DNA from: Naegleria gruberi
Lineage: Eukaryota
Reading direction: 5' to 3' (one strand)
Assembly (NCBI GenBank): GCA_000004985.1
Contig: GG739103.1
DNA: 7,804 nt
Shown here in pieces: positions 6,969 through 7,804 of this stretch; the stretch's first letter is position 1, and every line of letters starts with the position of its first letter. The notes under the pieces are model-generated. The model was not told where the DNA came from. It did not search any database and saw nothing but the letters and a program-made list of their open reading frames with translations. The position numbers and the translations under genes were made by a program.

Positions 6969-7804
6969 ATGAAACCAACAAAAAGTTATGCGAAAGTGAT
7001 TCATCCACTTCAAGAACAATTCGACATGATGTATTTGATATTTGAATTTATTGGAATCTCTCCGATCGTGGCTGTCGATTTGTCTCTTGTTTGTAAGGAT
7101 TGGATGCAAGTTATTCGAAAGTTGCCAATTAGTTTAAATTTGTTTTATGCTTCAAGAAATTTAAATCTGGAAATGAGTGAAAAATTAGACGAATTGTTAT
7201 TCGAAAGATTGGATGGACTTTCCTTGTATGAAAATTGTAGAGCTCCAGAGCCAATTTCGAAAATACTAAACTCTTCCTTGGTTTCGAATATGAAAAAATT
7301 AAAACTTGCTTGTTCTCAAAAGTTGGCAATTCAATTATCCGAAAGAAACAATTTGAGGAATTTGACAGAATTGAGAATTGTAGATTCGAATATTTCTAAC
7401 GATGGAGGAATTGCTCTTGTTCAGTGTGAAAATTTACAAAATTTAAAATTTTTACAATTGGATGATAATGAGCTAGGTGTGAAATTTGCAAAATCATTAT
7501 CCGAAAGCCCCTACATGACTAATTTGGAATCTTTGAGCTTGGATATTAATTTTTTACGAGATGAAGGTTTGAAATATCTTTCGAATAGTTCCACATTGAA
7601 ACTAACCTATTTAAGCTTGGCAAGAAATGACATTTCTCACAAAGGAGCTTCCTATATTTCGTCCAGTTTCAATTTATCCCAACTGAAACATCTCAATCTC
7701 AATGGAAACCATATTTCAGATGAAGGAATATACGAAATTTCACAACTCGAAACTCTAACAAGTTTACATTTAAGTGGAAATCAAATTACCACCACAGGTA
7801 TATC
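6969..7804 (+). CDS. F-box / leucine-rich-repeat protein (FBXL-like SCF substrate-receptor candidate), N-terminal 278 codons; runs off the window end
   Basis: ATG at 6969 in context caattaaaaaaaaATGaaa. Frame is open for 278 codons to the window edge, with no stop. Residues ~14-52 (LQEQFDMMYLIFEFIGISPIVAVDLSLVCKDWMQVIRKL) fit the F-box consensus (LPxEIL..I...L...DL.....VCK.W..L). From residue ~129 there are at least 6 repeats of 24-29 aa with the LxxLxLxxNxIsdeG pattern (NISNDGG, DDNELG, INFLRDEG, RNDISHKG, GNHISDEG, GNQITTTG). This is typical of CC/RNI-type LRRs found in FBXL proteins. Not in the supplied track, apparently because no stop lies inside the window. Confidence 0.8.
   Translation, partial: MKPTKSYAKVIHPLQEQFDMMYLIFEFIGISPIVAVDLSLVCKDWMQVIRKLPISLNLFYASRNLNLEMSEKLDELLFERLDGLSLYENCRAPEPISKILNSSLVSNMKKLKLACSQKLAIQLSERNNLRNLTELRIVDSNISNDGGIALVQCENLQNLKFLQLDDNELGVKFAKSLSESPYMTNLESLSLDINFLRDEGLKYLSNSSTLKLTYLSLARNDISHKGASYISSSFNLSQLKHLNLNGNHISDEGIYEISQLETLTSLHLSGNQITTTGI
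7008..7124 (+). other. F-box-like motif within the 6969 CDS (residues ~14-52)
   Basis: The conserved LVCKDW core plus upstream hydrophobic positions (YLIFEFIG, ISPIVAVDL) align to the F-box family consensus by eye. Not HMM-verified. Confidence 0.55.
7353..7804 (+). other. array of at least 6 CC/RNI-type leucine-rich repeats within the 6969 CDS
   Basis: Conserved Asn positions at residues 141, 167, 194, 220, 247 and 271. Spacing is 24-27 residues. Each is followed by I/L-S/T-x-x-G and preceded by LxxLxL. Confidence 0.7.

Noticed and set aside
7129-7329. 66-aa minus-strand ORF
   Set aside because: It is antisense to the well-supported F-box/LRR ORF and shorter than it. Treated as a shadow ORF.
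7797-7804. ...ACAG|GTATATC at the very end of the window as a 5' splice donor ending the F-box/LRR exon
   Set aside because: Only 7 nt are visible, and the ORF also reads through in frame (G-I). I cannot distinguish splicing from a continuing exon.
1-7804. Prokaryotic-style novel system (CRISPR array, defence operon, integrase- or transposase-bounded island)
   Set aside because: There are no direct-repeat/spacer arrays and no co-directional tightly packed operon. There are no Shine-Dalgarno-type contexts and no transposase, integrase or terminal inverted repeats. Instead the window shows eukaryotic hallmarks: AATAAA after a stop, A-rich Kozak contexts, GT-AG-like junctions, and F-box/LRR architecture. 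The window is ordinary eukaryotic genic DNA interrupted by a gap.

Overview
This is AT-rich eukaryotic nuclear DNA (roughly one-third GC by eye) from a draft scaffold, not a prokaryotic locus. Positions 2169-6671 (4503 nt, 58% of the window) are a single run of N, an assembly gap. The four ~1500-aa ORFs in the supplied track that cross it are poly-X artifacts. The track also accepts non-ATG starts, e.g. TTG at 5-7 and at the '717..1034' ORF.

The real sequence (1-2168 and 6672-7804) shows a compact arrangement of protein-coding genes:
- (1) the 3' end of a plus-strand gene running off the left edge, with its stop at 578-580, a perfect (CATCATGAT)x3 repeat encoding (HHD)3, and an AATAAA 31 nt downstream;
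- (2) possible short exons of a convergent minus-strand gene at about 1068-1655 with GT-AG-like junctions (speculative);
- (3) a plus-strand gene starting at ATG 1930, with an acidic Ser/Asp/Glu-rich N-terminus, that runs into the gap;
- (4) just after the gap, either the last 22 codons of a plus-strand gene or, more ORF-like, the first 73 codons of a minus-strand gene (ATG at 6890);
- (5) the best-supported feature, an uninterrupted plus-strand ORF from ATG 6969 to the window end (278 codons). It encodes an N-terminal F-box-like motif followed by at least 6 leucine-rich repeats of the cysteine-containing/RNI-like type, i.e. an FBXL-type SCF substrate-receptor candidate.

The start codons at 6969 (+) and 6890 (-) are both preceded by A-runs (aaaaaaaaATGa). 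Polypyrimidine-AG motifs lie just upstream of ATG 6969. Together these are compatible with, but do not prove, a nematode-like or other invertebrate/protist origin. Taxon is not assignable from sequence alone.

I find no CRISPR array, no operon-like defence or mobile-element cassette, and no RNA gene I can support. Any novel system here would lie in the 4.5 kb that was never sequenced.
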